A stretch of 64,000 bases of DNA from an uncultured Alphaproteobacteria bacterium (lineage in GTDB: Bacteria > Pseudomonadota > Alphaproteobacteria > ATCC43930 > CGMCC-115725), in assembly GCA_963731145.1 (NCBI GenBank), contig CAVSUX010000008.1, forward strand, positions 12,843-76,842. The letters are read 5' to 3'. Positions 43,510-56,642 of the stretch are shown here, piece after piece (positions within the stretch are counted from its first letter, which is position 1; the number at the start of each line of letters is the position of its first letter). The notes beneath the pieces were generated by a model. That model saw only the letters and a list, made by a program, of their open reading frames with translations, was not told the origin of the DNA and did not search any database. A program made the position numbers and the translations under genes.

Positions 43510-43875
43510 CTATCGCCGGCGGCGCGATTTGGATAGGGGCGGCGGAGCCGGCGCGGCGCCATGTTTGGCCTTCACCGCGGCGATCTGGCCCATCATTTCC
43601 TCGAGCGCCCCGAAAGCCTGCTTTTCGTCCGCGCTAAGCGCGCCGGATTTTTCGGTACGACCGATCAGCAACAGCAGCGCGTCCTCGATCCGGCCGAGCT
43701 GTTTGCCGTAGCTCGCGACATCGGTCAGCACCTCTTCCTCGACCGCGGGATTGGAGGACTGGCCGAGCGCGATATTGATGAGTTCGAACTGGCCGCCACT
43801 CGGGTTGAACACCCAATTCCACGGATTGATACTCTGGGTGACGTTCCCCGACAGGGGCAGGCGAAAAACCGGCAT
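43510..43875 (-). CDS. hypothetical protein
   Basis: The internal ATG at 43875 gives 121 aa (MPVFRLPLSGNVTQSINPWNW...). No family recognised. It is divergent from the mini rod-like gene. Confidence 0.4.
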   Translation of the reverse strand: MPVFRLPLSGNVTQSINPWNWVFNPSGGQFELINIALGQSSNPAVEEEVLTDVASYGKQLGRIEDALLLLIGRTEKSGALSADEKQAFGALEEMMGQIAAVKAKHGAAPAPPPLSKSRRRR

Positions 43876-44027
43876 GAAGGCCTCCTTCTTCCAAAGCAAA
43901 ATCCCGCGACAAAACGATGCAAGCCCGATGCCGCGACGAGGCAAGCTGCGGCGAATGTCTAAAGTTTGACGCAAGATCGTTGCATTCCTACGCGCGCCGG
44001 CGCGGTTTTCGTGTTTCACTGATCCGC

Positions 44028-44322
44028 ATGACGGATGCGTTCAGCATCGCCGGCTCGGCCCTCGCCGCTCAGACCATCAGCCTCGCGGTGACGGCCGACA
44101 ATGTCGCCAATGCGACAACACCCGGCTACACGGCAAAGCAGGCGCAGTTCGTGCCGATGAATCCCGGCGTCGGGGTCGGCGCGATCGTCGATACCGGGCA
44201 GGAGCGTCGATCTCGCCAATCAGATGGTCAATCTCATTCTCGCCAAGACGGCCTATCAGGCGGCGGCGAGCGTCTTCCGCACCGCCGATCAGATGACCAA
44301 TACGCTGATCGCCGCCATCTAA
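44028..44322 (+). pseudogene. miniature flagellar basal-body rod-like protein (about 97 aa), frame switch near 44205
   Basis: N-terminal rod motif LAVTADNVANATTPGYTAK. The C-terminal rod motif VDLANQMVNLILAKTAYQAAASVFRTADQMTNTLIAAI* is in another frame. Confidence 0.55.
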
Positions 44323-44420
44323 GCCGCCACCTTCCCGCGCGATTGCTCCCCGCCCTTGCTTGATGCTAGGAGAAGGCCAAGCCGAAAGGCATCAAGGCTC
44401 AAAGCCAGCGGGAGGGCAGC

Positions 44421-45153
44421 ATGATCAAAAGCCAGATCGACGACTATCGCGACGGCGACCACGTCTGCGAAGGCTATTTGGGCCTATGACGAGGGCGAAA
44501 GCCGGCAAGCGGCCGGGCATTCTCGTCGCCCATGAGTGGAATGGCTGCGGCGATTACGTGCTAAAAGCGCTGCGAGATGCTGGCCGAGATGGGCTACGTC
44601 GCCTTCGCCGCCGATATCTTCGGCAAAGGCATCCGCGCCAAGTCCTTTCCCGAATGCGAGCAGATCTCGAAGGCCTATTACGAGGACCGGCAACTGACGC
44701 GCGGCCGCGCCCAGGCCGGCGCTCGACTGTCTGCAAGAAGCAGCCGACTGGTCGATGCCACGCAAGATCGCGTCGATCGGTTATTGCTTCGGCGGCATCG
44801 TGGTGCTGGAGCTGGCGCGCAGCGGCGCCGACGTCAAAGGCACGGTCGCGTTCCACGGCCAGTTGTCGACGCCCAACCCGGCCGACGCCAAGAACATCAA
44901 GGGCAAGGTGCTGATCTGCCACGGCGCGATCGATCCGGTGGTGCCGCCGGCCGAAGTCGCCGCCTTCGAGAAAGAGATGGAGGACGCCAAGATCGATTGG
45001 CAGTTCATTTCTTATGGCGGCGCGATGCACACCTTCACCAATTGGAACCTGCCGACGAGCCCGCCGCCCGGCGTACCCGCCGCCTATAACGAGAAAGCCG
45101 ACAAGCGCTCGTGGATGGCGATGCAGGATTTCTTCGCCGAGACGATCGGCTAA
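44421..45153 (+). pseudogene. dienelactone hydrolase family protein, at least 3 frame switches
   Basis: GILVAHEWNG, nucleophile context IASIGYCFGG, and HGAIDPVVP...GGAMHTF in ORF 44755-45153. Earlier parts are in two other frames. Confidence 0.82.
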
Positions 45154-45183
45154 GGACCCAACACAAAAAGAGGAGCGACGGCG

Positions 45184-46161
45184 ATGAAGCTCGCGACATT
45201 GCGCAGCCAACATCCCGATGGCGAGCTCGTCGTCGTCTCGCGCGATCTGAAGAAGATGGTCAGCGCGGCGGATATCGCACCGTCGCTGCGGGTCGCCTTC
45301 GACGATTGGGCGCGCAACAAGCCGAAGCTCGAAGAGCGTTATCGCCAGCTGATGAGCGGCAGCGCTCAACAACGCGCAAGCCTTCGACGAGGCGCGCTGC
45401 CATTCGCCGCTGCCGCGCTCGTTCCAGTGGCTCGACGGCACGGCTTATGAATCGCATCGCTATCGCATGACGCGCGGTCGGCCGGCGCCGGAATGGTTCC
45501 TGAAGGAGCCGGCCGTCTATCAAGGCCGCTCCGACGGCTTTCTCGCGCCGACGCAAGACGTGCCGCTCGGCAGCGAGGATTGGGACATCGATTTCGAGGG
45601 CGAGGTCGCGGTCGTCACCGATTACCGTGCCTTATGGCGCATCGCCGTCGGTCGCCGCGTCGAAGATCGAGCTCGTCATGCTGGTCAACGACGTGTCGCT
45701 GCGCGCGGTGCAGGCGGTCGAGCTCGGCAAGCAATTCGGCTTCACCCGCTCGAAGCCGGCATCGGTCTTCACGCCGGTTTGCGTGACGCCCGACGAGCTC
45801 GGCTCCGCTTGGCGCGACAATCGCCTGCATCTGCCGATCCGCTGCTCGATCAACGGCAAGCTGTTCGGCGATCCCGATGCCGGCGAGGCCGTGCATGGCT
45901 TCGACGCGATGATCTCTTACTGCGCGATGACGCAGGCTCTGAGCCGCCGGCACCATCGTCGGCGGCGGCACGGTGTCGAACCAGGATCTGAAGCGCGGCT
46001 TTGCCACCATCGCCGAGGCGCGCTCGGTCGAGGAGACCTCGGACGGCGCGGCGAAGACGCCATTCCTCAAATGGGGCGACCGCGTGCGCATCGAGATGCT
46101 GGACGCGCAGGGCCAGTCGATCTTCGGCGCGATCGACCACAAGATGGCGAAGCCGTCCTAA
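45184..46161 (+). pseudogene. fumarylacetoacetate hydrolase (FAH) family protein, at least 3 frame switches
   Basis: Pieces in ORFs 45184-45450, 45467-45991, 45627-46238 and 45973-46161 (DIDFEGEVAVV, MLVNDVS.R, ...GDRVRIEM). Confidence 0.82.
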
Positions 46162-46301
46162 ACCCGAACCGGCCCGGCGGCGAAATCGGCCCGGCAAAAT
46201 CTGCCGCCGGTTCTGCCACACCCTCTCTAAGGCATTGATTTAGGCCGCAGCTTTTTCTGGCACGCGGCTTGCCAATGGCTTCGTCGTTCTGTCGGAGCCA
46301 T

Positions 46302-48089
46302 GCCATGATCGATCTTGTCGAAAGTTTCAACAACGCCTTCCGCCTGCAGCAGGAGGGCCGGCTCGTCGAAGCCGAGACGCTCTATCGCGCCGTGCTCGAT
46401 GTCGCGCCCGAGCATCCCGGCTCGCATCATCTGCTCGGCCTCGTCGAGCATCAGCTCGGCCGCCACGACGCGGCACTGCAGATCGATCAAGCGCGCGATC
46501 GAGCTCAACGACAGCGAGCCGAACTATCACAACAATCTCGGCACGGTCTATCGCACCGCTCGGCAAGCTCGACGAAGCGATCGCCTGCTATCGCCACGCG
46601 GTCGGGCTGAAGCCCCGATTTCGCCGCGGCCTTCAACAATCTCGGCATCGCGCTGACCGCAGAAGGGCGAGTTCGCCCAGGCGCAGCGCGCGCTGGAGCG
46701 CGCGCTCGAAGCCAAGCCCGATTACGCCGGCGCCTGGTTCAATCTCGGCAATGTGCTGGCCGCGCGCGACGAGTACGCGAAAGCGGTCGAGCATTATCGC
46801 CACGCGCTCGCGCTCGATCCCGAATTACGTCGACGCGCTCAACAATCTCGGCGCCGCGCTGAACGAGCTGGGCGCTGGAGACGAAGCCGCATCGTGCTAT
46901 CAGCGCGTCCTGGCACTGCAGCCGGCGAACGCCGCCGCGCATAACAATTTCGGCCGCGTCCTCGCGCAGCGCGACGAGCTCGACGCGGCGATCGGGCATT
47001 TCCGCGAGGCGATCGCGCTGCAGCCGCATGCGATCGATGCGCATATCAATCTCGGCAATGTGCTGCTCGAGGAGGGCGACGCGCCCGCCGCGCATCAAAG
47101 CTATGAGCGCGCGCTGCGCCATCGATCCGGCACATGAAAGCGCGCATTGGAATGACGGGCTCGCGCTGCTGGTGCAGGGCGATCTCGCCGAAGGCTTCCG
47201 CCGCTGGCGCTGGAACGTCGCGGCATCGAAGCGCTTCAGCGCGCCGGAATGGCGCGGCGAGGCATTGAACGGCGCGACGATCCTCATCCATGCCGAGCAA
47301 GGCTTCGGCGATGCAATCCACTTCGCGCGCTATGTCCCGATGGTCGCGGCGCGCGGCGGCCGCGTGATCTTCGAGGCGCCGGTCGAGCTGCATCGTCGTC
47401 TTCGCGACGATCGAAGGCGTCGACGAGGTCGTCGCGTTCGGCGATCGCCTGCCGGATTTCACCTGGCAGTGCCCGCTGCTTGAGCCTGCCGCTCGCTTTC
47501 GAGACGACACTGCGCAACGTCCCGGACAGCGTGCCCTATCTCAGCGCCGATCCCGAAGCGGTCGAGGATTGGCGCCGCCGCATGGCAGGGCCGGAGCTCA
47601 AAGTCGGTTTGGTCTGGGCCGGACGGCCGGAGCATAAGCGCGACCGTCATCGCTCGATGGCGCTGGCCGAGCTCGCGCCGCTCGCCTCGATTCCGAACGT
47701 CGCTTTCTACGCGCTGCAGAAAGGCGCGGCGGTCGGCGAGGCCGAGCATGCGCCCGAAGGCATGCGGCTCGAAATCCTCTCGCCGTTGCTTGGCGATTTC
47801 GCCGATACGGCCGCGGCGATCATGGCGCTCGATCTCGTCATCACCGTCGATACATCGGTCGCGCATCTCGCCGGCGCGCTCGGCAAGCCGGTGCTGGATC
47901 CTCAACGCCTACGCGCCCGATTGGCGCTGGCTGGAAAAGCGCAGCGACAGCCCGTGGTATCCGACGGCGGAGCTTTTCCGCCAGGATGCGTCGCGTCGCT
48001 GGGCGCCGGTCGGTGAACGACGTCGACGGCGGAGCTGCGTCGCGCGCGCGAACGCCGGCGATCAGGCGAAGATCAGCCGCATCGCGTGA
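46302..48089 (+). pseudogene. TPR-repeat protein with C-terminal glycosyltransferase-family-9-like domain, at least 6 frame switches
   Basis: Several TPR units (AE.LYRAVL...P.H..AHNNLG.). C-terminal part ILIHAEQGFGDAIHFARYVP...DLVITVDTSVAHLAGALGKPV resembles heptosyltransferase-type folds. Both ends are approximate. Confidence 0.65.
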
Positions 48090-48443
48090 AGCCCGGCATA
48101 AAGCGCGAGCAGACCCAGCGCGACCGAGGCCACGATATAAGCGCCAGCGGCGAGCGCTTCGCCGCGATTGATCAGCGTCACGATATCGAGCGAGAAGGTC
48201 GAGAAGGTCGTATAGCCGCCGCAAATACCGACGACGAGAAAGACGCGCGTCGATTGGCTCGCATCCCAGCGCAGCGCGAAGGATTCGGCGAAAGACGCCG
48301 ATCAGGAACGAGCCGACGATGTTGATCAGCAGCGTGCCCCACGGAAACGCAGTGCCGAGCCAGCGTCCGACATAGACGCCGGTCGCGTAGCGCGCCATCG
48401 AGCCGAGCGCGCCGCCAAGAGCGATCGAAAGATAGGTGTACAT
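48062..48443 (-). pseudogene. crcB: fluoride ion channel CrcB (FluC), frame switch near 48290
   Basis: MYTYLSIALGGALGSMARY...FPWGTLLINIVGSFLIG is in ORF 47841-48443. The second half (GICGGYTTFSTFSLD...) is in another frame and ends at 48062. Confidence 0.88.
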
Positions 48444-48508
48444 TCAGACCTCCTCGATGAACGGCGGACAACCAGCAGCCCGCCCGGCAGCTCACGCCGC
48501 CGTGCACC

Positions 48509-48572
48509 GTAGGAGTTATCAGCCCGCCAAGATCGGAAGATCGGCGGGCGGTTTTGGGGGAACCCCATCCCC
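48509..48572 (-). promoter_or_regulatory. fluoride riboswitch (crcB RNA motif)
   Basis: Minus strand GGGGAUGGGGUUCCCCCAAAACCGCCCGCC-14 nt-GGCGGGCUGAUAACUCCUAC. This matches the conserved GG.GAUG..GUUC..CC...AAC.GCC...GGCUGAU...CCUAC pattern, including pseudoknot partners GGGGUU and AACUCC. It lies about 65 nt upstream of the crcB ATG, with GAGGAGG between them. Confidence 0.85.
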
Positions 48573-48624
48573 ATCGACGCCTGATCAAGCCAGGCGCCGC
48601 GGCAATTCAATTGCTTTGGTTACT

Positions 48625-49470
48625 TTAGCCCATTCCCGGGAAAAGGTGAATCGTGACTTCGAGGACGACGCTCGGCCCCGGGAATTCGCTTTGCGGCAGC
48701 GGCGGGAAAGGTGCGGCCTGCTTGATCATCGTGAGCGCGGTTTGATCGAGAATGGCGGCGCCCGACGAGCGCTCGAGCGCGAAATCGGTCAGCGCGCCAT
48801 CGGCGCGAATCTTGATCAGATAAACCGCCGTGCCTTCGAGCGGCAGGCCGAGCGAACCGATCGCATTCGGCGGATAGAAGCGATGCGATTGGATCAACGC
48901 AAAGAGCGCGTTGAGATAGGGATCGCCTTCGGTCGCGCGCTCGCCCGGCGCACGATTGACCGAGCCGCGCGATGGCTTCGGCGTCGTCTCGCGCTTGGCG
49001 AGCTTTCGGCTTCTCTTGCTTGGCTTTTTCCTCCTGCGGCGGCGTGGGCTTCGGCTCCGACGTCGGCGGCTTTCGCCTGCGTCTCCGACCGGCGGCGGAG
49101 GTGTCGGCTTCGGCGCGGCCTCTTCGCCTTTATCGACCGCTTGCGGCGGCGCCGTGGTTTTCGTGTCGGCGCCGGAGACGCGCTCTTGCTGCTGTTGCTG
49201 CGGCGCCGGTGCGGGTGGCGGCGGCGCGGGCTTCGCTTGCGGCGGAGGCGGCGGCGGCTCGAGTGACCAAGGTCACCGGGATCGGCGGGCGCTCGAGCGG
49301 CCTGACCGGGAAAGAGATTCGGCCAATGGACGATCATCGCGGTGATCACCGCGACATGCGCCAGCGCCGCCGCGACGATCGCGCCGCGGCGCAGATGGTT
49401 GCGGCGCGCCTCGCGATCGCGGCTTTCGCGGAAACTCCGGATCGGCCGGGAAGCAAAATGGCCGGCGGCA
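48625..49470 (-). pseudogene. TonB-family energy transducer, at least 3 frame switches
   Basis: TonB C-terminal domain is in ORF 48625-48897 (YPPNAIGSLGLPLEGTAVYLIKIRADG...). A Pro/Lys/Glu-rich spacer and an N-terminal TM segment (VAAALAHVAVITAMIV) lie in other frames. Start is approximate. Confidence 0.7.
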
Positions 49471-49556
49471 TGCCATCGGCGATGCTCATGCCCGCATTAT
49501 ACGACGCGCGCATCGCGGATTGGCTTTCACCCCGCCAGCCGAGGCAAAATGTCGTC

Positions 49557-50059
49557 ATGGACCTCTTGGTCGATAGCAGCGGCTTTGCCGCCTGGGGCTC
49601 GTGGCGAATGCGCTGCGCCCTGGGCCGCAGCGGCATCAGCACACAAAAGCGCGAGGGCGACGGCGCGACACCGGTCGGGGCCTTTGCCGATGCGCCAGCT
49701 GCTCTATCGGCCCGGATCGCGAGGCCCGGCCGCGCACCGCCCTGCCCAGCGCGGCCGATCGCGCCGGCGGACGGCTGGTGCGATGCGCCGGCCGATCGCG
49801 CCTATAACCGGCGGGTTCGTTGCCCTATCCGGCCAGCGCCGAGCAACCTCTGGCGGGACGATCATCTTTACGATCTGATCGTGGTGCTCGGCTACAACGA
49901 CGACCCGGTCGTGCCGGGGCAGGGAAGCGCGATCTTTCTCCATCTCGCCGTCGCCGGATTTCGCGCCGACGGCGGGCTGCGTCGCGCTGGGTCGCGATGA
50001 TCTTCTGACCGTCCTCGCCGCTGCAGACCGGGCTTCGCGTGGTCATTATTGCCGGTTAG
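49557..50059 (+). pseudogene. L,D-transpeptidase (YkuD) family protein, at least 3 frame switches
   Basis: MDLLVDSSG...MRCALGRSGISTQKREGDGATPVG, GWCDAPADRAYN, LGYNDDPVVPGQGSAIFLHLA, then TAGCVAL in another frame. Confidence 0.7.
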
Positions 50060-50065
50060 AGTGCT

Positions 50066-50750
50066 CTAAATCGGATTTCGTGCCCCGAAAATCGCAGTTC
50101 CGACCCTTACATGGCTGGCACCGCAGGCAATTGCGGCCTCAAAATCGGCACTCATGCCCATGCTGAGGCTTTCTGAGGCCGTTTTTGCGAGCGATTTCGG
50201 CCAATTTCATGAAAAACGGCGCAGGATCCTGGCCTTCGGGCGGAATACACATCAGCCCCTCGAACGCGTAGCTTCCAACGGCGCTGGCATTCGGCGATGA
50301 AATCGGCCGCTTCGCCCGGCGCAATTCCGGCTTTTTGCGGCCTCGCCGCCGATATTGACCTCGATGAAGCAGTCGAGCGGCCGGTTCTGCCGCGCCATCT
50401 CCTTGGCCAGGGCCTCGGCGAGCCGCGGCCGGTCGACGGTTTCGATCACATCGAACAGCGCCACCGCCTCCTTGACCTTGTTGGTCTGCAGCGGCCCGAT
50501 GAGATGAAGCCGCAGATCGGGATGGCGCGCCCTGAGCGCCGGGTATTTCGCCTGTGCCTCCTGCACCCGATTCTCGCCGAAAACGCGGTGGCCGGCGACG
50601 AGCGCCGCGGCGACGGCTTCGGCCGGGATGGGTTTTCGAGACCGCGACCAAAGTCACGCTTTCGAGATCGCGCATCGCCGCACTGCACGCCGCCGCGATC
50701 CGCGAGCGGATGGCGGCGAGATTGTCGGCGATGGCGGCGCTGTCGGTCAT
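50066..50750 (-). pseudogene. yggS: YggS-family pyridoxal-phosphate homeostasis protein, at least 3 frame switches
   Basis: VTLVAVSKTHP is in ORF 50139-50804 (ATG 50750). LHLIGPLQTNKVK is in ORF 50252-50566. LSMGMSADFEAAIACGASHVRVGTAIFG is in a third frame and ends at 50066. Confidence 0.85.
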
Positions 50751-50950
50751 GATCGCGAACCCTGGCAAACACCGCGGCACCGGGTCAAGTTGCCGACCGC
50801 ACAATTAGGACGCTATGAATTTCCAAAGTCTTCTGGCGCCTCAAAGATTTAAAATCGTTTCGAGGCAGCGGCAGTGTAGGATGCCCGCGGGGCTTGGCGA
50901 TGGTGTGTCGATCTTCTCGCCGAAGGATCGGCCAATTGAAGGAGCGTTCG

Positions 50951-51562
50951 ATGGCGATGCGTTTCTCGGGAATGGGCAGCAAAGTCGCGCTGGTGTTCAT
51001 GGGCGCCGTCTTGCTGAGCGGTTGCTCCAGCTGGTTCGATCCCGACCGCTGGCACGGCCAAGATCCTGATGCCGCGCGCCGCGCCGCCGATCCCTATGGC
51101 AATGATCCGCGCTGGAGCAATCCGGACACGTATTCGGATTATCGCAACCGGCCGAATGGCGGCGCGCCGAACAGCATGCTCGATACGATCTTCTCGCCCG
51201 GCAAGCCCGATGCATCCGGTGGCGGCGGTGGCAGCGGGATCGCCGTCAACAGCTTCCTCTGGCATGCCTCGCTCGACACCGTGTCGTTCATGCCGCTCGC
51301 TTCGGCCGATCCTTTCGGCGGCACCATCATCACCGATTGGTACAGCCCGTCCGACAGCCCGAATGAGCGCTTCAAGCTCAATATCTTCATCCTCGGCCGC
51401 GATCTCCGCGCCGATGGCGTGCGTGCGCGTGTCTTCCGCCAGAACAAGGCGCCGGACGGGCAATGGGTCGACGCGCCGGTCGATCAAGCGACCGGCACCG
51501 ATCTCGAAAACGCGATCCTCACCCGCGCGCGTCAGATTCGCATGAGCACGGTCGCGAAGTAA
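50951..51562 (+). CDS. DUF3576-like lipoprotein
   Basis: Internal ATG at 50951. Lipobox LLSGC, then a conserved body (FLWHASLDTVSFMPLASADPFGGTIITDWY). It sits just upstream of leuS, a pairing I recall in Rhizobiales. Confidence 0.8.
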   Translation: MAMRFSGMGSKVALVFMGAVLLSGCSSWFDPDRWHGQDPDAARRAADPYGNDPRWSNPDTYSDYRNRPNGGAPNSMLDTIFSPGKPDASGGGGGSGIAVNSFLWHASLDTVSFMPLASADPFGGTIITDWYSPSDSPNERFKLNIFILGRDLRADGVRARVFRQNKAPDGQWVDAPVDQATGTDLENAILTRARQIRMSTVAK

Positions 51563-51614
51563 GCGACCGCCGTACACAACCCGATAAGTAAGAGGGGCCG
51601 AGCGGGCTCGCGCG

Positions 51615-54177
<2,563 letters not shown>

Positions 54178-54181
<4 letters not shown>

Positions 54182-54716
54182 CGCGATACACCCGGCCGAG
54201 CCGGCGCGCGTTTTGCCTCGCGTCGCTCGCCGTGACGCTCGCCGGCTGCGGCTTCCATCCGCTTTACGCGCCGACGCGGCCCACGCGACTGGGATCCCGA
54301 TCTCGCCGCTATCAACGTCCTGCGAATCAATGATCGGCCCGGACAGATCCTCGCCCTGGCGTTGCGCGAGAATCTCAATCCCGCAGGCGTCTCGCGTGAC
54401 CAAGCGCTGGGATCTGCAGACCGGGCTGCGCGTGACGCGGGCCGATCTCGGCATTCAACGCAACGCCACCGCGACGACCAGCGAGATCACCGTCTATGCG
54501 ACTTTCCAGGTCGTCGACCTGAGCGGCAAGATCGTCTATTCGAGCTCCAGCAATGCCGTCGGCGATTTCGATCAGGTGAACGACGCTTATGCGACGCAAG
54601 TCGCCGCGGATGGCGCGCGCGATCGCGCCATCCGCGAGGTCGCCGATGACATGACATTGCGCCTCGCGATTTTCGTCCGCGATCAACGCGCGAAAGCGGC
54701 AGCGGCAAAGAAATGA
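54178..54716 (+). pseudogene. lptE: LPS-assembly lipoprotein LptE, at least 2 frame switches; start codon not identifiable
   Basis: Signal and lipobox SLAVTLAGCGFHPLY are read in frame with the LeuS tail (ORF 53998-54333). The body is in ORF 53826-54716. Position between leuS and holA is typical. Confidence 0.65.
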
Positions 54717-55748
54717 AGCTGCCGGCAGCGCGAACCGCTGCTTTCATCAAGGCGCCCGATGCCGGTATGCGCGCCGCGTTGACTTACGGACCCGATGCCG
54801 GCCTTGTCAAAGAGCGCGCCGAGAAAATCGCGCGTGCGATCTGCCCCGATCTGACCGATGCGTTTCGCGTCGTCGAGCTCGATGCCGACGGGCTGGCGAA
54901 GGATCCGGCGCGGCTGCATGACGAGGCGGCGAGCCTTAGCCTGATCGGCGGGCGACGGCTCGTACGCGTGCAAGAGGCCGGCGACAGCGTCGGCGCGCTC
55001 TTCGATCGCTTCTTCAAGGACCTGCCGCCGGGCGATGCCTTCATCGTCGTCTCGGCCGGCGATCTGCCGCCGCGCTCGACGCTGCGCCGGGCATTCGAAA
55101 GCGCGAAGAATGCCGCCGCGATTCGCTTGTTATCTCGACGGGCCGCGCGAGCTCGGCGAATTGGCGCGCGAGATTTTCGCCGCGCATAAGATCACGGCGC
55201 GGCCGGAAGCGATGCAGTATCTCATCGCGCATCTCGGCGGCGACCGCGGCGTCAGCCGACAGGAGCTCGAAAAGCTCGCGCTCTATGTCGGCGATGGCGG
55301 CACGGTCGATGAGAGCGCCGCGTTTGATGCCGTCGGCGACAGCGCCGAGCTGACGATGGATGAAGCGGTCTTCGCGGCCGCCGAAGGCGACGCGGCGCAG
55401 CTCGAGCGCGCGCTCAACCGTGCTTTCGGCGAAGGCGCACAGGCGGTGAGCCTCATCCGCGCCGAGCTGCGGCATTTCCAACGGCTCCATCTCGCCGGCG
55501 CGCGCCAAGCGGCGGGCAAAAACGAGGAAGAAGCGTTGAAATTCCGGCCGCCGCTCTTCTTTAAATTGGTCGATCGCTTCAAGCGGCAGATGCGGCTCTG
55601 GCCGCCCAGCCGCGCCGAAGCGGCAATGACCGCGCTCTACGAGGCCGAAGCGCGGATGAAGACAACGGGTCTGCCGGCGGAGACGATCTGCCGCGAGGCC
55701 TTGCTGCGCATCGCGCGCGGCGCGGCGGCCGCGGCGCGAACACGCTAA
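54713..55748 (+). pseudogene. holA: DNA polymerase III delta subunit HolA, frame switch near 55120
   Basis: N-terminal half is in ORF 54713-55189 and C-terminal half in ORF 55035-55748. The start overlaps the lptE stop. The call rests on size, position and general similarity. Confidence 0.8.
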
Positions 55749-56642
55749 TTTCCAGCGCGGAGCTTTTTTCAGAATCTCGTCGAGCTGATCGAGGGTGCGG
55801 TAGCGGATCGTGAGCGATCCGCCATCGCCATCGGCTGCGATCGTCACTTTGAGGCCGAAGAGCTGGGCCAGTTCTTTTTCGAGCGCCGCGATATTCGCGT
55901 CCTTGGTTTTGACCTTGGCCGCTTTCACCGCGCCTGATTCGCCAACTTGCTTCTCCATCCGCAGCGCGGCCTCGATCTGGCGCACGCTGAGACCATCGCT
56001 GACAACCAGGCGCGCGAGTGAGAGCGGATCGCGCGACACCACGAGGGCGCGCGCATGGCCGGCGCTGAGCCGGCCGTCGACGACCATCGTTCTTACTTCA
56101 TCGGGCAAATTCAAAAGCCGCATCGTGTTCGCGATATGGCTGCGGCTCTTGCCGAGCGCGCGGCCGAGCTCTTCCTGGGTGTGGCCGAATTCCTCGATCA
56201 GGCGGCGATAGCCCTCGCCTTCCTCGACCGCGTTGAGATCCTGGCGCTGGATATTCTCGATCAGCGCGATCTCCGACGCGGCGCGATCGTCCATCTCGCG
56301 GATGATTACCGGAATCTCGTGGAGCTGCGCTCCTTGCGCCGCGCGCCAGCGCCGCTCGCCGGCGAGAATCTCGTAGCGATTGGGCTCCGATGGATCGCGG
56401 CGCACGAGGATCGGCTGCAGAATGCCTTTCTCACGCACCGAGTTGGTTAGCGATTCGAGATTCTCGGCGTCGAAATGGCGCCGCGGTTGAAACCGGCTCG
56501 GTTTCAACTGCTCGATCGGCAGCGTACGCAGATTCTCCTGTTTCTGCGGCGCCGGCGTTTCATCGTCGCCGAACAGCGCAGAAAGACCGCGCCCGAGGCC
56601 GCGACCGGGCGTGCCGCGCGCACGCGGTGTCTCGTCGCTCAT
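55745..56642 (-). pseudogene. parB: chromosome partitioning protein ParB, single frame switch at an A6 run (55764-55769) near the 3' end
   Basis: GRGLSALFG, ParB box ILAGERRWRAA, HTH region. After ...LDEILKK the expected short tail LRAGN* is in the +1 frame. The 533-aa ORF is read-through antisense to holA. Confidence 0.92.

Noticed and set aside
42109-46200. A possible genomic island integrated at tRNA-Gly (DUF763, unknown gene, mini rod gene and hydrolases follow it).
   Set aside because: There is no integrase, no phage or transposon genes, and no obvious composition shift. I found no direct repeat of the tRNA 3' end downstream.
48950-49330. Repetitive GC-rich stretch (GGCGGC, CCGCCG runs) that could be mistaken for a tandem-repeat or CRISPR-like array.
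   Set aside because: It is the low-complexity Pro/Ala/Lys/Glu-rich spacer of the TonB-like protein. It has no regular repeat-spacer periodicity and no cas genes.
55041-55744. C-terminal 230-aa extension of the ParB ORF (533 aa in total).
   Set aside because: It is read-through caused by a frame switch in an A6 run. The expected short ParB tail and stop are in the +1 frame, and the extension is antisense to holA.
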